The translations under genes were made by a program, and so were the position numbers. The notes under the pieces are model-generated. The model did no database searches, had not been told where the DNA came from, and saw only the letters and a program-made list of their open reading frames with translations. This document shows, piece after piece, positions 55,895 to 64,000 of a stretch of 64,000 nucleotides of DNA (positions are counted from its first letter, which is position 1; each line of letters opens with the position of its first letter). The stretch is from assembly GCA_964565565.1 (NCBI GenBank), contig CAZMFM010000003.1, forward strand, positions 37,774-101,773, given 5' to 3'. The DNA is from an uncultured Spirochaetaceae bacterium. Its GTDB lineage: Bacteria; Myxococcota_A; UBA9160; UBA4427.

Positions 55895-57207
55895 ATTAGT
55901 TTCCGTAGTCGAACCGTCCCGCGCACGCGCGCCAGACAGGCCAGTCGGTATTTTTTCGGATCCGGAACAACTTGCTCCGTGATTTGAATCGTCCTCATTT
56001 CGCCAGTTGCCGGATCGGGCGGATCCAACCGATCTGCCCCCTCGACGACACCCATTACACAAACACCACAACCACCATCACCGCATTCCCAGTCTACGGG
56101 CTCTCCCCTCGCCAACCCGGCCTCTTGAACCGCCTCGAGAATCGTCTGACCCATTGTGGCCTCGAGGGAATGAGACGTCCCCTCAGCATCCAGCACGAGC
56201 AGACACTTCCCTGCCTCGAGATCCGCTTCGGCCGAGCCGAGGCCGAGGCCGTGCTCCGACACGATCGTCGCATCAGAGGGAATCTCGGATGGATCAGTGA
56301 CCCCACCCCCCGGATCGCCATTGTCTTCCTCGATGATTCCAGTTCCGTGGTCGCGACGTGTTGCGGGTTGGACAGGTTCGATGTCCCGCCGATCGAAACG
56401 ACGGCCGAGGCGTCGAAGCCGAGCACCGAGCCCGAGCGAGCGTCGCGGCTCGTCTAGTTGTGCCCCGACGGGTGCTCCGGGTTCCACAGTGATCAAAACG
56501 GTCGCATCCTCGTCGAGATCGTCGCCACTTCGCGCCACTGGAGCGGCCTCGATCCCTGTATCCGTTTCGAAGGCTTTCGCTTGTGCACCCCCGCGCACAA
56601 CTACCCGGAAGCGATTGGCGGACAGCCTGAACTCGCCACCTGGAGTGAGCGTCTCCATCTCCGACAACTTCAGATACGTCCCGTTATGCGCACCTCGGTC
56701 ATAGAGCCGCAAACCGTCGCCTTCGGGCATGAGCTGTGCGTGCCGTCGTGAGAGCCGAAGATCCTCAGCGTCGAGAATCAGGTCCGAGTCGCGGCCAACG
56801 AAGAGGCCCCGGGCTGGTACCCGATAGCTTTCCAGACGCTGACCATCCGGTCCGTGATGGTGAATCTCCCATCGCACGCCCGCTGCTTCCTCTTGCCGCT
56901 GGAAGATGAGGATCTGGGCCCCCAGCCAGACCTGGTCGCCGGAACGAAGCAAGCGCCCTGCACTGCCTTTGATTCGCAGCCAGACGCCCGACCCCTTGCC
57001 TGAGTCAGCGATCGTAATCTTGTTTCCGACAAAGCTGAGTCGCGCGTGACGATCCGCCATCGCCGTATCATCGGGGCAGGCAAACCCGTCACCAACTCGA
57101 CCGATCTCGAGCTCGCCTTGTTCGAGGATGACCTCCCGAGCCACCGATTCGTCGCGGGTCAGCAGTTGAAGCACATGCGGCAAAACAGACAAATCCTTCA
57201 CTCGCAA
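55891..57207 (-). CDS. Tandem FHA-domain protein fused to a plant-type [2Fe-2S] ferredoxin-like domain
   Basis: FHA1 (..LEIGRVGD..ADRHARLSF..ITIADSGKGSGVWL..). FHA2 (..LFVGRDSDLIL..LSRRHAQL..LYDRGAHNGTYL..). C-terminal C-x4-C-x2-C...C (WECGDGGCGVCVMGV ... RLACLARV). TTG start at 57207. Confidence 0.75.
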   Translation of the reverse strand: MRVKDLSVLPHVLQLLTRDESVAREVILEQGELEIGRVGDGFACPDDTAMADRHARLSFVGNKITIADSGKGSGVWLRIKGSAGRLLRSGDQVWLGAQILIFQRQEEAAGVRWEIHHHGPDGQRLESYRVPARGLFVGRDSDLILDAEDLRLSRRHAQLMPEGDGLRLYDRGAHNGTYLKLSEMETLTPGGEFRLSANRFRVVVRGGAQAKAFETDTGIEAAPVARSGDDLDEDATVLITVEPGAPVGAQLDEPRRSLGLGARLRRLGRRFDRRDIEPVQPATRRDHGTGIIEEDNGDPGGGVTDPSEIPSDATIVSEHGLGLGSAEADLEAGKCLLVLDAEGTSHSLEATMGQTILEAVQEAGLARGEPVDWECGDGGCGVCVMGVVEGADRLDPPDPATGEMRTIQITEQVVPDPKKYRLACLARVRGTVRLRKLI

Positions 57208-57321
57208 CTCCCATCAAGACAAGCAACGCGACCTAATACACGGTCAGCCTGACAGCAACGCCGACGCCTCCCTGGTTCGACCACCGCGACGCGCATCACT
57301 TCCCCCGCACTCCTGAATGCC

Positions 57322-58107
57322 TCAAGCGCCACTCAGTGTAGAGAATGCCCAGGCGACTATTCCAATCAAGATCACGGCGCCAACGAACAGGCCCGCCTTG
57401 CCGAAACGGCCGAGGTCGAACGTCGTCGAATCCGTGAAGCCCTCTGCGACCGTAACCGCGGCCACTGTCTTGCGATCAAGACCCTCTGTGACGCAACGCA
57501 AATGATCCTGACCGAGGATGAGATTCATGCCAACCTCGAGGACGACCGGCTCTGCCACCGGCTCCCCATCGATCAGAACCGACCTGCCCGTCGCCGGGGT
57601 CAGAACCCAATCGCCGCTTTCACTTCCCGCGATCAGCGCATGATCCCGCGAAGCCGAGACCGTATAGAGTCGAATATCACTGTCTTCTGCGCGACCAAGT
57701 GAGACCCTCCAATGAGTGGCGTCGAGCCGCAATCGCTCACCACGGCCTAACGACGGTTCGATGCGCTCGAGCAACATCGGGCGCAAGGAAGAGCTCGGGG
57801 CGATCGGAGCGCTGGGTGCGGGATCGCCGGGGGACGCCGCAATCAGATTATCGGTGGCCTCGGGGTCGGGTTCCGACTCTTGGGGAACCGACGAGACGAC
57901 CGTCTCGTCTTCGTCGAGTGAGACGCTTGGCGGCGGCGCACCACCCCAGGTTGTCGTATCGGAGCGCCCGGCAACGCCCGAGTGCATTTCTCCGGAAGAC
58001 CGCTGTCCTTGGCTAACGGGAATCGATTGTGTCGGAGCCTCGAGCGGATCGCCCGAGTCACCCTTGGGCTTCGTCGCCGCGTCTCGAGTCCCATCATCCG
58101 ATGTCAT
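57322..58107 (-). CDS. Tail-anchored FHA-domain protein
   Basis: Disordered Pro/Ser/Asp-rich N-terminus, FHA (..VSLGRAEDSDIRL..SRDHALI..VLIDGEP..) and a C-terminal TM segment (AGLFVGAVILIGIVAWAF). ATG 58107 is preceded by GGAGG. Confidence 0.75.
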   Translation of the reverse strand: MTSDDGTRDAATKPKGDSGDPLEAPTQSIPVSQGQRSSGEMHSGVAGRSDTTTWGGAPPPSVSLDEDETVVSSVPQESEPDPEATDNLIAASPGDPAPSAPIAPSSSLRPMLLERIEPSLGRGERLRLDATHWRVSLGRAEDSDIRLYTVSASRDHALIAGSESGDWVLTPATGRSVLIDGEPVAEPVVLEVGMNLILGQDHLRCVTEGLDRKTVAAVTVAEGFTDSTTFDLGRFGKAGLFVGAVILIGIVAWAFSTLSGA

Positions 58108-58360
58108 CCTGCCTCCCCGGGCTTCGTAGAATCCAGCGCAATCCCAGAAACGAGCGCTGGGCATCTCGTGAATGAACTCGAAAATGAAAAAGTCGAACAA
58201 ACTTGCACACGCAACTCTTCCGCAGAGTCCGTGGCAATCAAACGATTCCCGATCTCTTTCTGCAAGGGCAACGATAATTCATGGCGGCAGCGAATTCAGC
58301 CACCGCCTTCGAAGCGTCAAGCGCCCCTAACGAATGGCCGATCTCCGAGGCAGATAAGCC

Positions 58361-60310
58361 ATGAGAACCTCCAAGTCGAAATCTAGAAAGCCGCGCCCGC
58401 GAACCCGCGCGACGGCGAAATCTGGTGTGTCCGCCAAGCGACGACTGCGTCCGGCGACCGCAGGGGTGAATCGAAAGCACGCTTCGCGAACCCAAACGCA
58501 TTCGCGCCTGCGCTCGATCGACGGCCGGCATCCCCTGCAGAAAGCGGTCCCGAGTGCAGTCGTGCCCTATCCAGCGAAGCGACGACGCGACAGCGAGATC
58601 GCCTTCTTCAATTTCGATCTCGCGCGAACGATCGGCCTGCTGCCACGGAGCCACCCCGACAAACTAGACGCTTCTCTCAGACAAGCGCTGCTCGATACAT
58701 TCAGCCTCGTGATCGTCAACGAATGGGACGAAGCGCACGGCAATCAGCCCCGGGCGCGGGACCGACAAACACATGCCTACATGGCGACGCGATACCTGCA
58801 ACTACAACACCCGGATAAACGAGGCCTCAATTCAGGTGATGGACGAAGTATCTGGAACGGTATCCTGCGTGGCCGCGCGGGCAGCTTCGACATTTCGAGC
58901 TGCGGTACGGGTGTCACGAAGCTCTGCCCGGCGACCTCCGCCGAGGGGCGCTTCTTCAAGACAGGCAACGCCATCTCCGACTATGGCTGCGGGACTGCCC
59001 ACATCGACGAAGGCATCGGCGCCGCCCTGATGAGTGAGGCCTTTGCGCGAAACGGAATTGCGACCGAACGCGTCCTCGCCGTTCTTTCCTTACCTAACGG
59101 CCAGGCGATCAACGTCCGTGTCGCCCCGAACCTACTTCGACCCTCTCATTTCTTTGGATTGCTTCGTCGTCGAATGGACGAGGATCTGCGTCAATGTGTC
59201 CTCTACTACGCTGACCGCGAGATTCGCGATGGGCGATGGCCGGCCATGGCGAGTGATGACAAGAAAATTCGCTATTTGACTGAACGCGTTTCGCTCGATT
59301 TCGCGCGCGCGACGGCGATGTTCGAAAACGAGTACATCTTCTGCTGGCTCGACTGGGACGGCGACAACGTGCTCTGTGATGGCAGCATCATCGACTACGG
59401 ATCAATTCGACAGTTCGGGCTCTACCACCACGATTACCGATTTGCTGATACCGATCGTATGTCCACATCGATCCCAGAGCAGAAACGAAAGGCGCGACAG
59501 ATCGTTCAACGGTTCATTCAGATTCGCGAGCTTCTGCTCACCGGAAATCGCCCGGCCCTTTCGACGCTGAAAAACGACGCGGCACTCGACCGCTTCGACG
59601 AGGAATTCGAGATCCACAAGCGTCGCCTCTTCCTGCGCCAGATCGGCTTCGACGAGAAGACCGCGGAAAAGATTCGCATCGCCGAGCCGCTCGGTCTCGA
59701 AACGCTGCTTCAGCTACACAATCGGCTCGAACGGACCCGCTCAACCGTGGGTCGGCGCCCGGTCGCCGATGGTTTGTCATGGAACGCCGTTTATTGCATG
59801 CGTGACATTCTTCGAGAGCTACCGGGCAAACTTCTGGACTGCAATCGCGAAGGGCGATCGCGACTTACGCCCGTAGCCTTCTACGAAATCGCATTGTCTC
59901 ATTACGCTTCGCGGAAGGACAAACGTCTGACTCCCTACCGTCGGCAACTCGCCGCCCGCTACCAGCGCGCCTACCTCCAAGTGATGAACTGGGTCGCCGC
60001 GCACAAACGGCGCACCCTGCGAACCGTTCTCGAAGACATCGCCCCGCGAGCCGTTCGCCGAAATCCCTTCGTACGTATGACCGGGGACGGGCTCACTCAT
60101 GCGACCCGGCGCCTCACGACGAATCGCAGACGCCTCGAAGTTGAAGAGACCTATCGGCTGATCCAGGCCTTCGCGGACTCCCAGCAACGCGAGGAGACCC
60201 CGACTTCGCCGTTGAACTTCATCGACACCATCGCGACTGAGCGAAAACTCGTCCAACGCATCCACCACGACATGCAGGATCTCGCTCGCGACTACCGCGA
60301 AGGCCTCTGA
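58361..60310 (+). CDS. Divergent SelO/YdiU-like (UPF0061, protein-AMPylase pseudokinase fold) protein with polybasic N-terminal extension
   Basis: Blocks alignable by eye to E. coli YdiU / human SELENOO: AFFNFDLARTIGLLP, GDGRSIW, GTGVT, IDEG..LMSEAFARNGIATERVL, RPSHFF, and WDGDNVLCDGSIIDYGSI (compare TDNMSILGLTIDYGPF, same D-N..D spacing). The first ~60 residues are Arg/Lys/Ser/Thr-rich. Confidence 0.6.
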   Translation: MRTSKSKSRKPRPRTRATAKSGVSAKRRLRPATAGVNRKHASRTQTHSRLRSIDGRHPLQKAVPSAVVPYPAKRRRDSEIAFFNFDLARTIGLLPRSHPDKLDASLRQALLDTFSLVIVNEWDEAHGNQPRARDRQTHAYMATRYLQLQHPDKRGLNSGDGRSIWNGILRGRAGSFDISSCGTGVTKLCPATSAEGRFFKTGNAISDYGCGTAHIDEGIGAALMSEAFARNGIATERVLAVLSLPNGQAINVRVAPNLLRPSHFFGLLRRRMDEDLRQCVLYYADREIRDGRWPAMASDDKKIRYLTERVSLDFARATAMFENEYIFCWLDWDGDNVLCDGSIIDYGSIRQFGLYHHDYRFADTDRMSTSIPEQKRKARQIVQRFIQIRELLLTGNRPALSTLKNDAALDRFDEEFEIHKRRLFLRQIGFDEKTAEKIRIAEPLGLETLLQLHNRLERTRSTVGRRPVADGLSWNAVYCMRDILRELPGKLLDCNREGRSRLTPVAFYEIALSHYASRKDKRLTPYRRQLAARYQRAYLQVMNWVAAHKRRTLRTVLEDIAPRAVRRNPFVRMTGDGLTHATRRLTTNRRRLEVEETYRLIQAFADSQQREETPTSPLNFIDTIATERKLVQRIHHDMQDLARDYREGL

Positions 60311-60386
60311 CCGGCTCCTGAACTCCATCGGCCGAGTGCGTTGTTTTGGACTCGAACGACCCTCTTATTTCAAATTTTTTGCCAGT

Positions 60387-60402
60387 CGTGACCCAGGTCA
60401 CG
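60387..60402. promoter_or_regulatory. 16-nt inverted repeat CGTGACC-CA-GGTCACG following a T-rich tract (candidate protein-binding site or short hairpin)
   Basis: Read directly. Lies about 77 nt downstream of the SelO-like stop, preceded by tatttcaaattttttgcc. Confidence 0.25.
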
Positions 60403-60510
60403 GAATCTAGACCGCTTCCGACGGATACATAGGAGGCAACTCTGAAGCAGTCCAAGCGTCCCCCCAAAACCGACCGGGCGCCTGGCCACGAGTTCTAGAG
60501 GTCGAAAATC

Positions 60511-60612
60511 TTGGACGAGATCAGCATCACGATCGCCTTTGCCCTGCTGGCCCTCACCTGGCTCACGCTGCGGGGCATGGACGGGCGCGCGCGCCGACGC
60601 ACCCGGCGCTGA
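60511..60612 (+). CDS. Candidate 33-aa small membrane protein (speculative)
   Basis: TTG 60511 is preceded by GAGG. The translation LDEISITIAFALLALTWLTLRGMDGRARRRTRR is one hydrophobic helix plus an Arg-rich tail. It is below the ORF-track size cutoff and lies in a 551-nt gap upstream of the MMPL gene. Confidence 0.15.
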   Translation: MDEISITIAFALLALTWLTLRGMDGRARRRTRR

Positions 60613-60861
60613 ACGACGACGCACGACTACACACGACTTCGCACGCAACACACAGAACGCGTCGAGAGCGTAGGACGTACGAGTTCCAGATTCCCAGGCG
60701 AAGTTCTTGGGAAAGGCCTCGATCTCCTCCACCCGCCCGATGCTTTGTTCCCCGGCCAATGACCAGATCCCAGGCGCCAACTGCTTCGGCCTCCCCTATG
60801 TTCTGGCTCCCCAAAACGAAGACCGCCTGCGAGCGCGAGCGTCCATCCAGAAGCCAGGGAA

Positions 60862-63585
60862 ATGAACGAACCGCTCCAAAGGATCCTCACCCCAATTCTT
60901 CAGCGCTGGCTCGGGTTCATCAGCAAGAATCCGGCGCGGGCCTCCGTCGTCTGCCTCGTCGCAACGCTCGGCGCACTGGTCTACGCCTTCCTGAATCTCG
61001 GGATCAACTCGGACAATCTGAGTTTGATCTCGAAGGACTTGCCGTCGCGTAAGAATCAGGCGGCCTTCGCTGAAATTTTCCCGAATCTCGAAGAAGCCAT
61101 CCTGATCGTCGTCGATGGCGACACGCCGGCCCTGGCACGTGACGTCACAAATCAACTAGCGGAACGACTCAAGGAAATGGACGACGCGTTCAAGGACGTC
61201 TACGTCCCGGGCGGTGGATCCTTCTTCGAAGAACATGCGCTGCTTTACCTGACGGCCGACGAACTCGATCGCCTGGGCGACGACCTCGCCGCCTTGCAGC
61301 CCGTCATCGCGAGCCTCGAGGCCGATCCCAGCCTCGTGAAGCTCGCGGAACTCGTCCGCGTCGGACTCGAAGCGGAAGAAGACAACGACATCGATGCCGA
61401 TCGCTGGGCACCGCTACTCGACGAGGTCGCCAATGCCACCGTGGCGGCCTACGCCGAGTATCCCATCCCCGTCTCGTGGGAGGAGATGTTGGTCTCGGGG
61501 TCGGACCTGGAAATTCCGACCCGGCGCGTGATCGTCGTCGACCCGCGGCTGGACTACGACAAGATTCTGGTTGCCGGTTCCTCGATTGCGGCGATCGAAG
61601 GCGCCATGGCCGATCTCGGTATCGACCAATTGGCCGGCGTCAAGATTCGCCTGACCGGCAACCCAGCCCTCAACCACGAAGAGATGTTGGGACTGGCCTG
61701 GGACATCGGCGGCTCGGGTGTCTTCTGCTTTTTGTTGGTCGCGGGTTTTCTCTATTTCGCCTTTCGGTCCTGGCATCTCGTGGTCGCCTCGCTCGTCACG
61801 CTCCTGGTCGGATTGATCTGGACGGCCGCCTTCGCCGCAGCCACGATCGGTCAGCTCAACATCATTTCAATCGCCTTTGCGATTCTCTTCATCGGCCTGG
61901 GCGTCGACTTCGCGATTCATTTCGGGATGGCGTTTGCGGCCGAACGCCGAGACCATCACGTTCCAAATCTCGTCGCACTGCGAACCGCCGTAGACGGCAT
62001 CGGGGCGTCCCTCGTGCTCTGCGGGTTCACGACCGCGATCGGCTTTCTCGTCTTCGTGCCCACCGAATACCGCGGCATCGCGGAACTCGGTGCGATCGCC
62101 GGGGCCGGCATGTTCATCATTCTTTTCCTGACGCTGACGCTATTCCCTGCGTTGCTCCTGGGTTGGCTACAACCGCCGGAGGCCACCGCCATCCAGGCGC
62201 CTTTCCGAATCGACCAGGCTCTAGCGCTCCGCCTTGGCAAGGCCCCGCGACTCATCTGCGTCATCGCGCTCCTCGCCGCCATGCTGTCGGTTCCGCTTCT
62301 CTTCCAACTGCGATTCGACGCGCACGTGATCAAGATGAGGAATCCCGACACACCGTCGGTACAGGCCTTCCAAGATCTTCTGGCGGATCAAGACACGTCG
62401 CCCTGGTACGTCAACATCCTGACGCCGAACCTTGGTGAAGTCGATGCAATGGTCGAACAGCTCGACGCGCTGCCCGAGGTCGGAAGAATCGTCAGTCTGC
62501 GCAGCTACGTCCCCGACAATCAGGACGAAAAGCTGGAGATCCTCGATGACCTCGCTTTCCTGATGGAGGCCGCGCCTCGCGATCCCAAGGGCGCGCCAGA
62601 ATACGACGCACGAGAGCAAACCGAGGCGTTGCGCGAACTTCTCGCGGCGCTGCACGACGCCGAACGACCGTTCGATGACCAGACGACTTCCCGAAGCTTC
62701 GATGCACTGGAGCAGAAGCTGTCGAATTTTCTCGCGCGCCTGGAACAGGACGAGAACCCCGATCGGGCCCTGGACGGATTCCGTGACGTTCTACTCGACC
62801 GGCTTCCCGAGGCACTCGAGCGCTTCCGAAATTCCCTGGTGGTCTCGCCGATTGAACTCTCGAGCCTACCCCCGGTACTGGTTCGTCGACTCCTGGCGCC
62901 GGACGGCACCGCTCGCATCCAGGCCTTTCCTGCGGAAGAACTGCAAGATTTCGAAGCCCTCAAGCGCTTCTCGAAAAGTGTGCTCGGGGTGGCTCCTCTA
63001 GCGGCCGGGATGGCTCCCCATCTGGTCGACTTCGGCGAGGCGACCGCGCGTTCGTTTCAACAGGCTTTGTTGAGCGCCGCCATCGCAATCTCGGCCCTGC
63101 TCTTCCTACTCTGGCGGCGGCCCTCTGATGTCGCCCTGGTACTGGCGCCCCTTACGCTCGGCGCGATTCTCACATGCGCGTCCATGGCCGCCCTGGATCT
63201 GCGTTTCAACTTTGCCAATATCGTGGTGTTGCCTCTGCTCTTCGGAATTGGCGTCGATTCGGGTATCCATCTCGTTCATCGCGCACGGCAGGATGCGAAA
63301 GCGCAGCTCGGAGGGGCGGCGGAATCCTCGGAATCATTGGTGGAAACGGCGACCGCCGGAGCCGTTTTCTATAGCGCGATGACCACCACACTCTCGTTTG
63401 GCACGCTCGCCCTCTCGGGCCATCAAGGCATGCACTCCCTCGGCATCATCCTGACGATCGGAATGTTCTGGAACATCGTCGCCAACCTGGTCGTGCTACC
63501 GGCCTTGCTCTCGCTCACCGGTGTTTCTGCGCGCACCTCAGGGCACATCGCCAAATCAGATCCAGGCGTCGCCGGCTCCGCATAA
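60862..63585 (+). CDS. MMPL/RND-superfamily exporter, HpnN-like
   Basis: 907 aa with two blocks of about six TM helices, each preceded by a large soluble loop. The N-terminus (..ISKNPARASVVCLVATLGALVYAFLNLGINSDNLSLISKDLPSRKNQ..) is typical of HpnN-type transporters. Confidence 0.8.
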   Translation: MNEPLQRILTPILQRWLGFISKNPARASVVCLVATLGALVYAFLNLGINSDNLSLISKDLPSRKNQAAFAEIFPNLEEAILIVVDGDTPALARDVTNQLAERLKEMDDAFKDVYVPGGGSFFEEHALLYLTADELDRLGDDLAALQPVIASLEADPSLVKLAELVRVGLEAEEDNDIDADRWAPLLDEVANATVAAYAEYPIPVSWEEMLVSGSDLEIPTRRVIVVDPRLDYDKILVAGSSIAAIEGAMADLGIDQLAGVKIRLTGNPALNHEEMLGLAWDIGGSGVFCFLLVAGFLYFAFRSWHLVVASLVTLLVGLIWTAAFAAATIGQLNIISIAFAILFIGLGVDFAIHFGMAFAAERRDHHVPNLVALRTAVDGIGASLVLCGFTTAIGFLVFVPTEYRGIAELGAIAGAGMFIILFLTLTLFPALLLGWLQPPEATAIQAPFRIDQALALRLGKAPRLICVIALLAAMLSVPLLFQLRFDAHVIKMRNPDTPSVQAFQDLLADQDTSPWYVNILTPNLGEVDAMVEQLDALPEVGRIVSLRSYVPDNQDEKLEILDDLAFLMEAAPRDPKGAPEYDAREQTEALRELLAALHDAERPFDDQTTSRSFDALEQKLSNFLARLEQDENPDRALDGFRDVLLDRLPEALERFRNSLVVSPIELSSLPPVLVRRLLAPDGTARIQAFPAEELQDFEALKRFSKSVLGVAPLAAGMAPHLVDFGEATARSFQQALLSAAIAISALLFLLWRRPSDVALVLAPLTLGAILTCASMAALDLRFNFANIVVLPLLFGIGVDSGIHLVHRARQDAKAQLGGAAESSESLVETATAGAVFYSAMTTTLSFGTLALSGHQGMHSLGIILTIGMFWNIVANLVVLPALLSLTGVSARTSGHIAKSDPGVAGSA

Positions 63586-63614
63586 CATCGACGTTTTCCA
63601 GGGAGTCGCAGGTG

Positions 63615-64000
63615 CTAGAGGGCCTCGACCTTCAGCTTCACCTTGATCGGCTCGAGCCCCACGACACGAAGCTCCGGTGGGTGTTCGATCTGATCGAGTT
63701 GGATGGCGAAGGTTCGGCGCCCTTGATCTACGAGAACGCCGTTGACACGCACGTGGAGCTGATCCGGATCGGCCAGCACCAGGTCGCGACGAAGCCCCTC
63801 GAATTCGACATCGATGGACGGCGGATCGATTGAAGAGATGCGGTAGCCCTCGGGCATGTTCTCGACGACGATTGGAATCGCCTTGGAGCTTCGCTCGAGA
63901 ACAGCCCCGGGGACGGTATGGAGCCAAAGCCCAGAGGCGACGACAACCGCGACAACGCCTTCCCGCCAATGTTCGCGTGCGAGATCCAGCCGACTCTCGA
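63615..64000 (-). CDS. YbbR-like domain protein (5' end off-window)
   Basis: The frame is open to the window edge (..HWREGVVAVVVASGLWLHTVPGAVLERSSKAIPIVVENMPEGYRISSIDPPSIDVEFEG..VRVNGVL..). The TM anchor followed by beta-rich V-x-V repeats resembles YbbR/CdaR. Confidence 0.5.
   Translation of the reverse strand, partial: ESRLDLAREHWREGVVAVVVASGLWLHTVPGAVLERSSKAIPIVVENMPEGYRISSIDPPSIDVEFEGLRRDLVLADPDQLHVRVNGVLVDQGRRTFAIQLDQIEHPPELRVVGLEPIKVKLKVEAL

Noticed and set aside
1-64000. Search for mobile elements, CRISPR arrays, tRNA or rRNA genes, and phage or defence islands.
   Set aside because: I recognised no transposase, integrase or recombinase translations, no regularly spaced direct repeats with spacers, and no tRNA-like cloverleaf or rRNA segments in the intergenic regions I read. 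Manual reading of 64 kb cannot exclude small RNAs, so tRNAscan, Infernal and a CRISPR finder should be run.

Overview
This is a GC-rich, densely coding bacterial chromosomal segment. I call about 52 protein-coding genes. I found no rRNA, tRNA, CRISPR array, transposase or integrase. Most genes are housekeeping or metabolic: pqqC (partial), ilvD, an aspartate kinase, moaA, ettA, psd, a clpP paralogue, a DctPQM TRAP transporter, lhr, acyl-CoA metabolism genes, two luciferase-like oxidoreductases and an HpnN-like MMPL exporter. The most unusual region is 52.9-60.3 kb. It holds five adjacent genes that all carry phospho-signalling or envelope domains: a receptor Ser/Thr kinase with an FGE-sulfatase-type ectodomain, a DUF4384-OmpA protein, an FHA-FHA-[2Fe-2S] ferredoxin fusion, a tail-anchored FHA protein, and a divergently transcribed, highly diverged SelO/YdiU-like pseudokinase with a polybasic N-terminus. 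I consider this the best candidate for an undescribed system, but the link between the genes rests only on domain reading and gene order. Other points of interest:
- a FAD-oxidoreductase-SelD fusion whose Rossmann motif lies upstream of every canonical start codon, implying a CTG start behind a strong Shine-Dalgarno sequence;
- in-frame tandem repeats inside a 1617-aa Lhr helicase;
- a (TTG)7(GAGTTG)3 microsatellite abutting the ribosome-binding site of a TerB-like gene;
- a putative copper-handling envelope operon containing a CusF-SCO fusion;
- several short phased or tandem repeats in intergenic regions.
All functional calls come from reading the supplied translations against remembered family motifs. 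No database search was run.
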